DNA of 64,000 bases from Minutocellus sp. GHC0000111 (taxonomy: Eukaryota): positions 2,480,001 through 2,544,000 of the forward strand of contig OZ361260.1 of assembly GCA_977018835.1 (NCBI GenBank). Direction: 5' to 3'. The notes beneath the pieces are model-generated. The model was not told where the DNA came from, did not search any database, and worked only from the letters and a program-made list of their open reading frames with translations. Every line of letters begins with the position of its first letter. Positions within the stretch are counted from its first letter, which is position 1. Position numbers and translations under genes: made by a program. Shown in pieces: positions 45,564 to 63,509 of this stretch.

Positions 45564-46643
45564 ATGATGATGCGCGGTTCTATGCGGCGCTGGGCGCCTT
45601 TCTCTACTTCTTCTTGTGGAATCGCTACATCAGGTGCTGTCGCCTTTGCTGCTAGTTTTGTGATGGCGGCAGATGCAGGCGACAGCATCGGTGACACCAG
45701 CACATCCTGCGATGCCGCCAGTGCCAGCGTGCCAAGTCATACGCATCGCCAAGCCACCCCTTCCTGGATCAGTACAAGTGATAAAACGAATGCAGAATGC
45801 AGAATGCACAGAGCAAATACTGCTCGTGACGCAGGCACTAGTGGCGCGTTCAATCCTGGCCAATCAGATTACTTCGAAGTGAAACTTATCGGGCGAGATG
45901 ATAAAGAGAAAACGCCAGTACATCCACCAGTGGCCAATCAACAATCATCGCAGATATTGCACAATAGAATCGTTGTTCTGCCCAATATCATTACAAAAGA
46001 GGAATGTGCAGGAATAGCAAAAGAGACCGAGCGAATTTTGGAGGAGAATAAGGCGCAAAACATCCAGGGCAGGAAAACAGAATCGTGGGCAACATATTCG
46101 CGATTTAATTCTCATAGTCAGCAAGTGATGGACAGGCTACTTGGGCAGCATGTCCTTGAATTCTTGGATAGACGCATGCCTGAGATTTCTAAAGAGATTT
46201 TGAAGGGTCATAGCACATGTAGTGACTTCAAGTCCTTCACTCGAAAGATTGGCAAGAAGAGTGGAAAAGATATTACGAGGTTTTGTTGGGATGATCCCGT
46301 CGTAATCAAGTATGATGCTGGGAATCGACTTGCGCCTCATGAAGATATGAGGGATTTGACAATTGTTGTACCATTGAATCCGCTGAAAGGCGAGTTTCCA
46401 TTGCCACTGACAGGAGGAGGCACCAGATTCTGGCTCGAGGGGACGACGCCCGAATGCGCCACTGCAAACGATGGTGTGTTGCTAAGACCTCCCGCGGGAT
46501 GGGGTATCATCTTTAATGGTGAGATTACACATTCCGGTGAGAGCGTAGAGGCCGGGACACGATTTGTCTTGATGACCAGCATTGTGCTTGACAATGAAAG
46601 TGAGAGTGAAGAGGAGGAGGAGGAGGAAGACGAAAAAGAGTGA
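45564..46643 (+). CDS. 2OG-Fe(II) oxygenase superfamily protein
   Basis: VIKY...LAPHED..LTIVVPLN...GGGTRF...IIFNG..THSG..V..GTRFVL. Confidence 0.85.
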   Translation: MMMRGSMRRWAPFSTSSCGIATSGAVAFAASFVMAADAGDSIGDTSTSCDAASASVPSHTHRQATPSWISTSDKTNAECRMHRANTARDAGTSGAFNPGQSDYFEVKLIGRDDKEKTPVHPPVANQQSSQILHNRIVVLPNIITKEECAGIAKETERILEENKAQNIQGRKTESWATYSRFNSHSQQVMDRLLGQHVLEFLDRRMPEISKEILKGHSTCSDFKSFTRKIGKKSGKDITRFCWDDPVVIKYDAGNRLAPHEDMRDLTIVVPLNPLKGEFPLPLTGGGTRFWLEGTTPECATANDGVLLRPPAGWGIIFNGEITHSGESVEAGTRFVLMTSIVLDNESESEEEEEEEDEKE

Positions 46644-47184
46644 GGTTCGTCCTCTTCAATATAGTAAAAAAAGATTGAAAAAGAGATTGCATGTTCAAAT
46701 TTCCTGCAATCAAATGTGGCAGTGCGGTACGGCGCTACGATCGTAGAAATTCAATTTTTACACTTGACTTGCTTCTGCCATGCGTACTGTAAGTCCGGTG
46801 AACCGTCTTTGTGGGGCTGTCCCGCATTGTCCGATAGTTGAAGTTCCTTCGTTTTTCGAAAGCCAAGGCAAGGTTTCTTTTATTTTCTCTGAGGAACATG
46901 GCTGCCTGGCGAAAGCGCCTTCGCGGCAATGGCGGCGCGGTAACAAAAGACAAACCCACCCGTCACAACCCCACCGCCGCGTCTTTGACTGACCACCATC
47001 ATATTGCCCTCTCACCGCTGATCTTTCTTCAGTGGTGACTGTTTTGTATAGTTGGAGTGGGGGGCTCTGCTCTACACGTAGTTGCAGGGGGGCCATTGTT
47101 GATACGTCTGAGAGATTTGAGCACATCTTTTGCCTTTCGGTATCTTGGTTTTGGCAGGGAACACGCAAAAACCCGCACCAAACA

Positions 47185-49308
47185 ATGGCAACGAGGATTC
47201 AATTCCCCGAGGAGCCCAACCCCGAGGAAGAGGCCGTCGCAGCCACCACCACCATCAAGGTATGGGGCTGCCGCGGTTCCATCCCTCGGTCGGAGCCCAA
47301 CATGGTGAAATACGGCGGGTCGACGTCGTGTGTGGAATTTGTGTCGTCGTCCGGAACGCGCGTCGTCCTCGACATGGGGTCGGGCTCCTACGCCCTCGGC
47401 CAGTACTTCGGAGGCGGGCCCGAAGGCAAGGCCCGCAACAGTGGTGGCAATATCCTCATCACCCACACGCATTGGGATCACATTCAGGGCTTCCCGTTCT
47501 TCGTCCCGCTGTTCATCCCCGGAATGACGTGGGATGTGTACGGTCCCCGCGGCAGTGCGGGGAGCATACGCGATTCGCTCTCGGGTCAGATGCTGTACGA
47601 TTATTTCCCCGTCAATCTCAACTATCTTGGGGCCGACATTCGGTATCATGACCTCACCGAGGGTGAATTCTACCTGGGAGGGGAGAGGCCTTCCCCTCCG
47701 CCGTCGACCGCCGCGAGCAGTGTCGACGGCGATGCCGAAGGGGATGCCGATGCCAAAGACAAGAAAGATGACGATGCCGCCGCTAGCGACAGCGACGCCG
47801 AGGCCGAGAATTTCTGCCAGGAGATCGGCGGCGATGTCCGGGTCACCACACACTACCTCCACCATCCCTGCCTCACCCTTGGCTACCGCCTGGAGGACAC
47901 CAAGTCCAAGGTGACATTGTGCTACATCACCGACCACGAGCCGTACGACATGCGGATGGGCACCGAGGGGTACACCCCCAGCGACGTCATGTCGGCCCGT
48001 ACGTCCGACGACAAGCACGTCGACTTCATCGCCGGCTGCGACCTCCTCCTGCACGACACCCAGTACACCGCGGCGCAGTACAAGGACAAGATCACCTGGG
48101 GACACTCGACCGTGGAGTACGTAGTCGATGTAGCCCTCGCGGCCGGTGTCCGACAGCTGGGGTTGTTCCATCACGACCCCATGCGGTTCGATGAGCAGGT
48201 GGAGGAACTGGTCCAGCTGGCCAAGGATCGGGTCGAGAAGCGCCGGGCCGACTTTGCCAACACGGCCTGTCCCGATCTGGAGGTGTTTGCCGCCTACGAC
48301 AAGCAAGAGCTGCTTCTTGAGAGGAGGGGTGGGAGTCTCCGCTCGTCGGTGCTGTCCAGTCGAAGGAGTAGTGGCGTGAGTGCCATATCCGACCCCGGCG
48401 GACCATCTTCAAAAGAAGAATTTTGTGGCAATGTCGCGATGATCTTCAAGGATGCGTCACAAGCCGAACCCATCGCCTCTCTGTTGCGATTGGGATGCGA
48501 TGTGCAAATTTACACTGACGCTGAGGAGGCTCTGTCCGTTGCGGAGAAGGATAAGCCCTCCTTGTATCTTGTTCAACAGGAGAATGGAGGCGAAATGACG
48601 GGCGTGGAATTCTGTCGCAAAATTAGGGAGCTGTCAGAGTGGGGAATGGAGGTACCAATCCTTGTGGAGACCAACGATCAGGAAACTTTAGAGACGATCC
48701 GATCAGATGCTGGCGATGCTGAGGTTACCGACTTTGTGTCAAAGCCCTACAGTCCGGAGTATGTTCGGACCAAGGCTCACATTGCCATGAGCCGTTCTCA
48801 ATGTCGATGGCGCAAGGCGGTGCTCCCATCCGACGAAAAGATTCGACTCGAAACCCTTCGAGATACAGGTCTTTTGGATTCCAAGTCCGAGGAACGCTTC
48901 GATCGGCTCACTCGCATCGCATCCCGCGCTATGGACGTGCCGGTTGCGGTGGTAAGTTTGGTCGATGAGTCAAGGCAGTGGTTCAAATCTTGTCATGGCT
49001 TGTGTGCCGTCGAAACTCCTCGTGACCAAGCCTTCTGCGCCCACGCCATCCTTCAAGACAATGTGTTTCTCATCCAAGATGCCACAAAGGACGATCGCTT
49101 TGCGGATAATCCATTGGTAACGGGCGGACTGGTGAGGTTTTATGCTGGCATCCCCCTCGCAATCACCGGCAGAGACCGGCAAAAGCACCGCATTGGGACA
49201 CTGTGCCTCATCGATACCAGGCCAAGGGACCTTGATGCTGAAGGTATGAGAATGCTGGAGGTTGAGGTCAGTTTGGCAGCAGAAAAGCAGAAGGCTGCTG
49301 CTGCCTAA
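47185..49308 (+). CDS. MBL-fold metallo-hydrolase fused to receiver-like and GAF domains
   Basis: WGCRGSIP, YGGSTSCV, LDMGSG, THTHWDHIQG, TDHE, HDTQY, WGHS and FHHDP. REC-like G.EFCRKIR...VPIL...DFVSKP. GAF EERFDRLTR...RQWFKS...AFCAHAI...DDRFADNPLV...RFYAG.PL...GTLCLID. Confidence 0.9.
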   Translation: MATRIQFPEEPNPEEEAVAATTTIKVWGCRGSIPRSEPNMVKYGGSTSCVEFVSSSGTRVVLDMGSGSYALGQYFGGGPEGKARNSGGNILITHTHWDHIQGFPFFVPLFIPGMTWDVYGPRGSAGSIRDSLSGQMLYDYFPVNLNYLGADIRYHDLTEGEFYLGGERPSPPPSTAASSVDGDAEGDADAKDKKDDDAAASDSDAEAENFCQEIGGDVRVTTHYLHHPCLTLGYRLEDTKSKVTLCYITDHEPYDMRMGTEGYTPSDVMSARTSDDKHVDFIAGCDLLLHDTQYTAAQYKDKITWGHSTVEYVVDVALAAGVRQLGLFHHDPMRFDEQVEELVQLAKDRVEKRRADFANTACPDLEVFAAYDKQELLLERRGGSLRSSVLSSRRSSGVSAISDPGGPSSKEEFCGNVAMIFKDASQAEPIASLLRLGCDVQIYTDAEEALSVAEKDKPSLYLVQQENGGEMTGVEFCRKIRELSEWGMEVPILVETNDQETLETIRSDAGDAEVTDFVSKPYSPEYVRTKAHIAMSRSQCRWRKAVLPSDEKIRLETLRDTGLLDSKSEERFDRLTRIASRAMDVPVAVVSLVDESRQWFKSCHGLCAVETPRDQAFCAHAILQDNVFLIQDATKDDRFADNPLVTGGLVRFYAGIPLAITGRDRQKHRIGTLCLIDTRPRDLDAEGMRMLEVEVSLAAEKQKAAAA

Positions 49309-49616
49309 GCGGGATGGTAAATTAAAGAAAAGTAGATGTGAACACACATGTACGGTCATGTATCTATTTGTGTGCTGAGACCGAGGTAGATCTAAAGGGT
49401 GCAGCCTTTGATCCAGAGAGGCCAGCTTGGTGGTCGGCGTGACTTTTGCATTTTCGGAGAAACCTCGTCGGGGAATTCGGGGTTTCAAGGCAATCCCCGC
49501 CCACACTGCGAAACCGAACCCTCGCCGGAACTGCACCCATCATGGAACAATGGCGAATGCTCGACGGCTCATAATTTCCAGAACAAAGCAATTGAAATTG
49601 CAAATAACAACAGTAA

Positions 49617-55530
<5,914 letters not shown>

Positions 55531-55782
55531 AGGCCAAGCCCTTTCCGCTTCGGTATTTTTCCCAATCAATCTTTCAACACTTCCCTCTGCATAATTATTT
55601 TGACTTACTCCCCAAACCCAGCACAAAGCTTAACTTGTTGGGTCATAACTGCGAACAATAAACGCTTTCGAGAACAAATTAATAAATTAAGGACACAATT
55701 TAGCTACAATCTGTGCATCAAATGCCCCAACTGTTTCAAGAAAGATTTCGCTCTATTAGCACTTATGATCTATGCACTTTGT

Positions 55783-56760
55783 TTACAGCTCGTCATCGCC
55801 GAAGTCGCCCATGTCGTCCTCGTCGCCACCGGCACCGCCTCCGCCGCCGGCGTAGAAATTCCTCATGATGGGGTTGGCCACTTGCTCAACCTCCTTCTGC
55901 TTCTCGTCGTAGTCCTCCTTGTCGGCCTCCGGATTCTCGTCCATCCAGTCCAATACCTCATCGACCATGTCCTGGAGCTCCTTCTTGTCCTCGGCGGAGA
56001 TGTTGTCGGCCATGCCCTTCTCGTCATCCTCGAGAGTGTTCTTCAAGTTGTAAAGGTAGGACTCGAGGCCGTTGCGAGCATCGATGCGCTCCTTGACCTT
56101 CTTGTCCTCCTCGGCGTACTGCTCGGCCTCCTGGACCATGCGCTCGATCTCCTCCTCAGAGAGACGTCCCTTCTCGGCGGTGATGGTGATCTTCTCGGCC
56201 TTGCCGGTGCCCTTGTCCTCGGCGCTGACCTGGAGGATGCCGTTGGCATCGACCTCGAAGGAGACCTCGATCTGGGGAACTCCGCGGGGAGCGGGGGGGA
56301 TGCCGGTGAGCTCGAACTTACCGAGAAGGTGGTTGTCCTTGGTCATGGAACGCTCACCCTCGTACACCTGGATGAGGACAGCGGGCTGGTTGTCCTGGTG
56401 GGTGGAGAAGGTCTCTGTGGGTTGATGATGATAAGGATAGCAGATTGTGATATGTGAGAATCATTGCATAAGAAATGGTAAAAATCGAGAGATGTTTTCG
56501 TATCCTTCACTCGGCACATCGCGACCCAGTGCCATATCATTGCATTCCACCCAACACACTCAATCCATACATCACACTCCACTCAAACCACACATCTACT
56601 GCTGTCTACTCACGGGACTTCTTGGTGGGGATGGTGGTACCACGGTTGATCAGCTTGGTCATGACACCGCCGACGGTCTCAATACCCTGCGACAGAGGAG
56701 TGACGTCCAAAAGCAGAATCTCGCTGGTGGCATCTCCGCCCTCTCCCGACAGAATACCAC

Positions 56761-56804
<44 letters not shown>

Positions 56805-58386
56805 CCCTTGGAGGCCTCCTTGCCGCCAAAGTACTCCGAAATGAGGGACTGGACCTTGGGAATGCGAGTCGATCCACCAACCAGCACAATCTCATCGACC
56901 TCCGACTTGGTAACGTCGGCATCCTCCAGGACACGTCCGACGGGGCCCAGGGTCTTCTTGAACAGGTCGTTGTTGAGCTCCTCGAAGCGGGCACGGGTCA
57001 GAGTCTCCGAAAAGTCAAAGCCCTCGGCCAGATCCTCAATCTCCAACCGAGCCTGCTGCTGGGACGAAAGGGCACGCTTGACACGCTCGACCTCCTTGCG
57101 GAGCTTCTGCAGGGCGCGCTTGTCGCCGGAGATGTCCTGGTTGTTCTTCTTCTTCATCATCTTGATGAAGTACTGCATGACGCGCTGGTCGAAGTCCTCT
57201 CCGCCCAAGTGGGTGTCGCCGTTGGTGGCCAACACCTCGAACACACCGTTGTCGATGGTAAGGAGGGTAACATCGAAGGTACCTCCACCCAAATCAAAAA
57301 CAAGAACATTGGACTCGCCTCCCGTCTTGTCCATGCCGTAGGCAATGGCGGCGGCGGTGGGCTCGTTGATGATGCGCTGCACCTTCATGCCCGAGATGGT
57401 ACCGGCATCCTTGGTGGCCTGACGCTGAGCATCGTTGAAGTAGGCGGGCACGGTAACGACGGCATCCTTAATGTCCTTGCCGAGGAAAGTCTCGGCGGTG
57501 GACTTCATCTTGGCCAGGATCATGGCGGAAACCTCCTCGGGGGCAAACTTGGACGTCTTGCCGGCCTGAGTCACCTCGACCATGGGCTTGTTCTTGTCAC
57601 TGACAATGTTGTACGGCACCAGCTTCTTGTCGGCCTGGACCGACTTGTCGGAGAAGTTGCGACCGATGAGACGCTTGACGTCGAAGACGGTGTTGGCGGG
57701 GTTGATGGTGGCCTGGTTCTTGGCGGCGTCACCGGCGATGCGGTCGCCGTTGTCCATGAAGGCGACGTAGGAGGGAGTGATACGGTTACCCTGGTCGTTG
57801 GCAATGATCTCGACGCGGCCATTCTTGAACACACCGACGCACGAGTAGGTGGTGCCCAAATCGATACCGATGACGGTTCCCATCTGCTCGGCGTCGTCGG
57901 CGAAGACGGCGGTGGGGGCGGCCAGTGCGGCCACTGTGTGAGTGGGAGTTAGTGAGTTAGAAAGAGAGATGTCAAGAGAGGATGAGGTAGATCTGTGAGT
58001 GATAAAGTCTCAATGGAAGAGTAAAATTGACCCGAATCAATTGCAAATTGCAATTGCCCAAAAGTTTTGGCGAGAGATGTTTGCATTCCCATTTCCATTG
58101 ATTTCTATTGATACCCAAAGGGCAAATCACGCCGGTCTTGCGATGAAAGCTTGTCGCTGTGTATTGGATTTCTTTTCCATCACGACCTCCACCTCAAGGC
58201 TGCTCGAACCAATCGTATCTTCCCCTCCTTTGTCCGAGATTTCGATTGAAATTGCGGACAGACATGCCAAATTGCTTCTATTGCATTCTCCTGGCTGCCT
58301 CTCGTTTCGTCGCTTCTCCCCGATCCAAATCACAGGCCGCCCACAAGGAACTCACGGGTGGCAACGGCCAGCTTCTTGAACATCAT
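55783..58386 (-). CDS. BiP: ER luminal Hsp70 BiP, copy A (exons 58386-58356, 57933-56614, 56414-55783)
   Basis: Signal peptide [40 protein letters not shown] and C-terminal DDEL. Confidence 0.96.
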
Positions 58387-58848
58387 CTTGGATATTGGTT
58401 CTTCTTCTTCCTTTGCAATTGAGTTCCGATTGATGGGTCGGGATATATTTGAAGATGGACCTTGCGGTTTGGTTTGGAAAATGACGGTCGAAAACTCGCA
58501 GACCGGCGGAAGAAAACACCCGGATTCTTGCCCCGGTGCCACGTGGCACACGCCCGACCCGATTCTCCAAGCAGGGAAAGCAAGAACACGACCGACGGAT
58601 TCGGACAGGTTCCGCGTGGTGTTTTGCGCCGGCGACCTGGAGTTTGCGCTTTTTGCGCTACCGGCTCCGCGTGGCACGTGCGTTTTTCGCTCCCACCGAC
58701 CGACGCACGAAGTAATGAAGCAAGGCGACACGTTGCTTGTTTGGAGGTCATTGTTTTGTTCAATCGAACCTTTTGATACGAGCAGCATCATCCTTCTCGT
58801 TGCATCAAATTCAGTTGGACCTATTCATTCATTGATATACAAATAAAT
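58387..58848. promoter_or_regulatory. Bidirectional BiP promoter with CCACG/G-box motifs
   Basis: Perfect 14-bp palindrome GTGCCACGTGGCAC at 58536-58549. Further CGTGG/CACGTG sites near 58612 and 58668-58681. Confidence 0.6.
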
Positions 58849-60394
58849 ATGCTCTTCCGAAAGCTTGCCGTTGCTACTTGTGAGTTCATTTCCTCTGTTG
58901 CGACGACCGACCGTCGCAATTGCAATCTCAATCGAAAGACCGGATTGATGGGCAGAGCAGACTGTTACGACCAAACCCGATTAGGAGACGATGCACGTAT
59001 ATGAATAGAAGATTTTGGCTTTGATACGAGCATACTCTGCGAGGACCATTCGGAAGAAGGCATGCGCCATTCGTGCTTGTTAAGTGCCGCTTCTCTCTCG
59101 ACATTGCACCGATGGATTGAAGCAGACATGTGAATATTGCAGTTTTCCATTCAATTGATGCAAACCAGGGTCATTTTCACATCCCGAGCATAAGCACGAA
59201 CAATTCACTCACCTCATCCTCTCCTACTATCTCTCTTTCTAACTCACTAACTCCCACTCACACAGTGGCCGCACTGGCCGCCCCCACCGCCGTCTTCGCC
59301 GACGACGCCGAGCAGATGGGAACCGTCATCGGTATCGATTTGGGCACCACCTACTCGTGCGTCGGTGTGTTCAAGAATGGCCGCGTCGAGATCATTGCCA
59401 ACGACCAGGGTAACCGTATCACTCCCTCCTACGTCGCCTTCATGGACAACGGCGACCGCATCGCCGGTGACGCCGCCAAGAACCAGGCCACCATCAACCC
59501 CGCCAACACCGTCTTCGACGTCAAGCGTCTCATCGGTCGCAACTTCTCCGACAAGTCGGTCCAGGCCGACAAGAAGCTGGTGCCGTACAACATTGTCAGT
59601 GACAAGAACAAGCCCATGGTCGAGGTGACTCAGGCCGGCAAGACGTCCAAGTTTGCCCCCGAGGAGGTTTCCGCCATGATCCTGGCCAAGATGAAGTCCA
59701 CCGCCGAGACTTTCCTCGGCAAGGACATTAAGGATGCCGTCGTTACCGTGCCCGCCTACTTCAACGATGCTCAGCGTCAGGCCACCAAGGATGCCGGTAC
59801 CATCTCGGGCATGAAGGTGCAGCGCATCATCAACGAGCCCACCGCCGCCGCCATTGCCTACGGCATGGACAAGACGGGAGGCGAGTCCAATGTTCTTGTT
59901 TTTGATTTGGGTGGAGGTACCTTCGATGTTACCCTCCTTACCATCGACAACGGTGTGTTCGAGGTGTTGGCCACCAACGGCGACACCCACTTGGGCGGAG
60001 AGGACTTCGACCAGCGCGTCATGCAGTACTTCATCAAGATGATGAAGAAGAAGAACAACCAGGACATCTCCGGCGACAAGCGCGCCCTGCAGAAGCTCCG
60101 CAAGGAGGTCGAGCGTGTCAAGCGTGCCCTTTCGTCCCAGCAGCAGGCTCGGTTGGAGATTGAGGATCTGGCCGAGGGCTTTGACTTTTCGGAGACTCTG
60201 ACCCGTGCCCGCTTCGAGGAGCTCAACAACGACCTGTTCAAGAAGACCCTGGGCCCCGTCGGACGTGTCCTGGAGGATGCCGACGTTACCAAGTCGGAGG
60301 TCGATGAGATTGTGCTGGTTGGTGGATCGACTCGCATTCCCAAGGTCCAGTCCCTCATTTCGGAGTACTTTGGCGGCAAGGAGGCCTCCAAGGG

Positions 60395-60438
<44 letters not shown>

Positions 60439-61398
60439 GTGGTATTCTGTCGGGAGAGGGCGGAGATGCCACCAGCGAGATTCTGCTTTTGGACGTCACT
60501 CCTCTGTCGCAGGGTATTGAGACCGTCGGCGGTGTCATGACCAAGCTGATCAACCGTGGTACCACCATCCCCACCAAGAAGTCCCGTGAGTAGACAGCAG
60601 TAGATGTGTGGTTTGAGTGGAGTGTGATGTATGGATTGAGTGTGTTGGGTGGAATGCAATGATATGGCACTGGGTCGCGATGTGCCGAGTGAAGGATACG
60701 AAAACATCTCTCGATTTTTACCATTTCTTATGCAATGATTCTCACATATCACAATCTGCTATCCTTATCATCATCAACCCACAGAGACCTTCTCCACCCA
60801 CCAGGACAACCAGCCCGCTGTCCTCATCCAGGTGTACGAGGGTGAGCGTTCCATGACCAAGGACAACCACCTTCTCGGTAAGTTCGAGCTTACCGGCATC
60901 CCCCCCGCTCCCCGCGGTGTTCCCCAGATCGAGGTCTCTTTCGAGGTCGATGCCAACGGCATCCTCCAGGTCAGCGCTGAGGACAAGGGCACCGGCAAGG
61001 CCGAGAAGATCACCATCACCGCCGAGAAGGGACGTCTCTCCGAGGAGGAGATCGAGCGCATGGTCCAGGAGGCCGAGCAGTACGCCGAGGAGGACAAGAA
61101 GGTCAAGGAGCGCATCGATGCTCGCAACGGCCTCGAGTCCTACCTTTACAACTTGAAGAACACTCTCGAGGATGACGAGAAGGGCATGGCCGACGACATC
61201 TCCGCCGAGGACAAGAAGGAGCTCCAGGACATGGTCGATGAGGTATTGGACTGGATGGACGAGAATCCGGAGGCCGACAAGGAGGACTACGACGAGAAGC
61301 AGAAGGAGGTTGAGCAAGTGGCCAACCCCATCATGCGGAATTTCTACGCCGGCGGCGGAGGCGGAGCCGGTGGCGACTTCGGCGATGACGAGCTGTAA
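58849..61398 (+). CDS. BiP: ER luminal Hsp70 BiP, copy B (exons 58849-58879, 59266-60585, 60785-61398)
   Basis: [17 protein letters not shown]. Exon 2 is identical to copy A. Ends in DDEL. Confidence 0.96.
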
Positions 61399-61788
61399 GC
61401 ACGCAGATGTACTCGATAAGAAAAAGAGAAATGTAGCAACCAACACTTGGTTTTGCAATTTTGTTTTGCCAGTGACTCTTTACGTGTAAATTTTTTTCTC
61501 CTCCTTGTTTGCTGGTCGATACAGCTTGATGCCGTACCAGCTTTGAGAGGTGTAATTCATTTACTAGGTACCTGGAATTGAATTGCAGTGGCTACAAGAG
61601 TACCGGGTACGATACGATGAGGGTTACCGTACCAAGGCCAAAGAGAGCATCCCCTCTCGAAAACTCGGAGGCCCTCTCTCGGAAAATAGAATGCTAAAGA
61701 GCGTTACGTCATCGCCGCGCCGCCGCCCAACCGTACCTAGGCCTAGGTAACCGTAACCGCCAAACGGGCCACAAAACGCAAATTCAAG

Positions 61789-62493
61789 ATGAAGGTATCC
61801 TCCGTCCTCTCAACGCTCCTTATCGCGGCACCCTGCGCATTGGGATTCTCTCCTATTCGGCCGCTGGTCAATTCTCAGCAATCTGCGTTAATTTTGAGAT
61901 CGACTCCTGACGAAAACAATGAACAGCAGCAGCAGATGATGCCTCCTCCGGAGATGAACATGGCCAATGCACCACCGCCGGTGCAACAGCCAAGGATGGA
62001 CCCCCTCATGGCAAGTCTGACCCGCATCGACCCCGAAACCGCTGGCTCGTCCGAGGCCTCGGAACGGGAGAAGAAATTGCTGTACCCTGCCCTGGGTTTT
62101 GCCGCCATTGGCTTCTTTGCCAGTCTGTTCATGACGGTAACGTCGATGGACACCATATCGGCCAAGCTGCAGCAATCGACGGAGGTCCTGTCCCAGCCCC
62201 CCGTCATGAACAAGCAGTATGATGATGCATGCCGTGGTCTATGCAGCTCTCAGGATCAGCAGCTGGAGGATATGCGGTCGTTCATGAACAAGTTTGCCAA
62301 AGATAAGGGAGCGGCGGCACCAGCGGCGGCAGTGAAAGTTGAGGCTCCTGCGCCGGTGCCAGCACCTGCTCCTGTTGTTGTTGAGACTCCAGCACCAGCT
62401 CCGGTTGTCGTTGAGGAAGCCGCACCGGCACCAGTGCCGGCTGTAGTTGAATCTGCCCCTGCTGTGTCTGAGGTTGCTGCCACAGCTGAGTAA
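61789..62493 (+). CDS. Predicted plastid-targeted membrane protein with CRGLC motif
   Basis: Signal plus ALG-F presequence, one TM helix, CRGLCSSQDQQLEDMRSFMNKFAKD and a Pro/Ala tail. Confidence 0.8.
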   Translation: MKVSSVLSTLLIAAPCALGFSPIRPLVNSQQSALILRSTPDENNEQQQQMMPPPEMNMANAPPPVQQPRMDPLMASLTRIDPETAGSSEASEREKKLLYPALGFAAIGFFASLFMTVTSMDTISAKLQQSTEVLSQPPVMNKQYDDACRGLCSSQDQQLEDMRSFMNKFAKDKGAAAPAAAVKVEAPAPVPAPAPVVVETPAPAPVVVEEAAPAPVPAVVESAPAVSEVAATAE

Positions 62494-62548
62494 TGCCTAC
62501 ATTTGTAATTACATAATATACGACAATGCATGCGGAATAAAACACCGT

Positions 62549-63241
62549 TTATATTTCCACGCTACTCTCGCTATTAGGGGTGGCCAATGCTGGCGCATCA
62601 CCGTCACGCTGAGCCTGATCTTTGGCAAACTTTCCCATAAAGTCTCGCATGCTGTCCAAGTCCGACTCTTGTGATCTGCCACAGCCCAATCCCCTACATT
62701 GATTCGATTGGTCCAAATCTTTGCTATTGCTGCTATCAATCAGCGATACCTCTGCACCTTGGGGTGCCAGTATTGGATCTCCAGAGCTAGCAAATATCAT
62801 CGCCGACGTGATGATGCCAAATATTGCGATTACAGCTGCTGGGAGCAAAACAACGAGCGATCCATCAATCGGCAACTCGATGGGAGTAAAGGAGGGCCTG
62901 CTGGATACGTCATTATTATTTGTAGTCGTCGGCTGTGGCGAATCTGATGCTTCTCCGGCCATGAAATTTTCGTCTGTATTGCCATATCCTTCACTCTCGT
63001 GCAAACTCGAATCTTCATCAGCTGATAGATCAAGTTGCCAAGTACCGTATTTTCGTTTGTTGTGGGATATCATATTGAAGTGACGGAATAATGGTGCTGC
63101 AGGACGATGTCTTCGTCGGCAGATGGGCCTGGCGCTGCTTCTTTGCATCGGCATGTCATGTGTCCCAAACCCCTCCACCACATTCACGGTGAGAAGAAAC
63201 ACAAATAATGCGGTCGCCATGCCGTGAGATCTATCGTGCAT
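62549..63241 (-). CDS. Paralog of the preceding protein
   Basis: Signal plus VEG-F presequence, one TM helix, CRGLGCGRSQESDLDSMRDFMGKFAKD. Confidence 0.75.
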   Translation of the reverse strand: MHDRSHGMATALFVFLLTVNVVEGFGTHDMPMQRSSARPICRRRHRPAAPLFRHFNMISHNKRKYGTWQLDLSADEDSSLHESEGYGNTDENFMAGEASDSPQPTTTNNNDVSSRPSFTPIELPIDGSLVVLLPAAVIAIFGIITSAMIFASSGDPILAPQGAEVSLIDSSNSKDLDQSNQCRGLGCGRSQESDLDSMRDFMGKFAKDQAQRDGDAPALATPNSESSVEI

Positions 63242-63509
63242 CAGCCGGTATCCTCACTTACTTGCTCCCACACAAGGCCAAGCTAAGATGTGCTGAAAAT
63301 GTGAAATCGAAATAGCCTTCTGGTTAAAAAGCACTAAATGTGTCGTCTTTAGTGGATTTTGTCGTTGTGACACGACTTTCGCCACGCGCTAACGCAATGA
63401 AAGATCGGCTCTGCACCCGCTACTCCATTTATTTGCTCAATCAAGAGGGTGCAAGGTCAAGAACCAATACAAGCCGACAATCAAAAGCAACAAATCCAAC
63501 CGCACTATC

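Noticed and set aside
56447..60752. 501-aa antisense ORFs over both BiP genes
   Set aside because: Stop-free antisense frames are a by-product of strong codon bias in hsp70 genes. They cross introns and show no independent motif.
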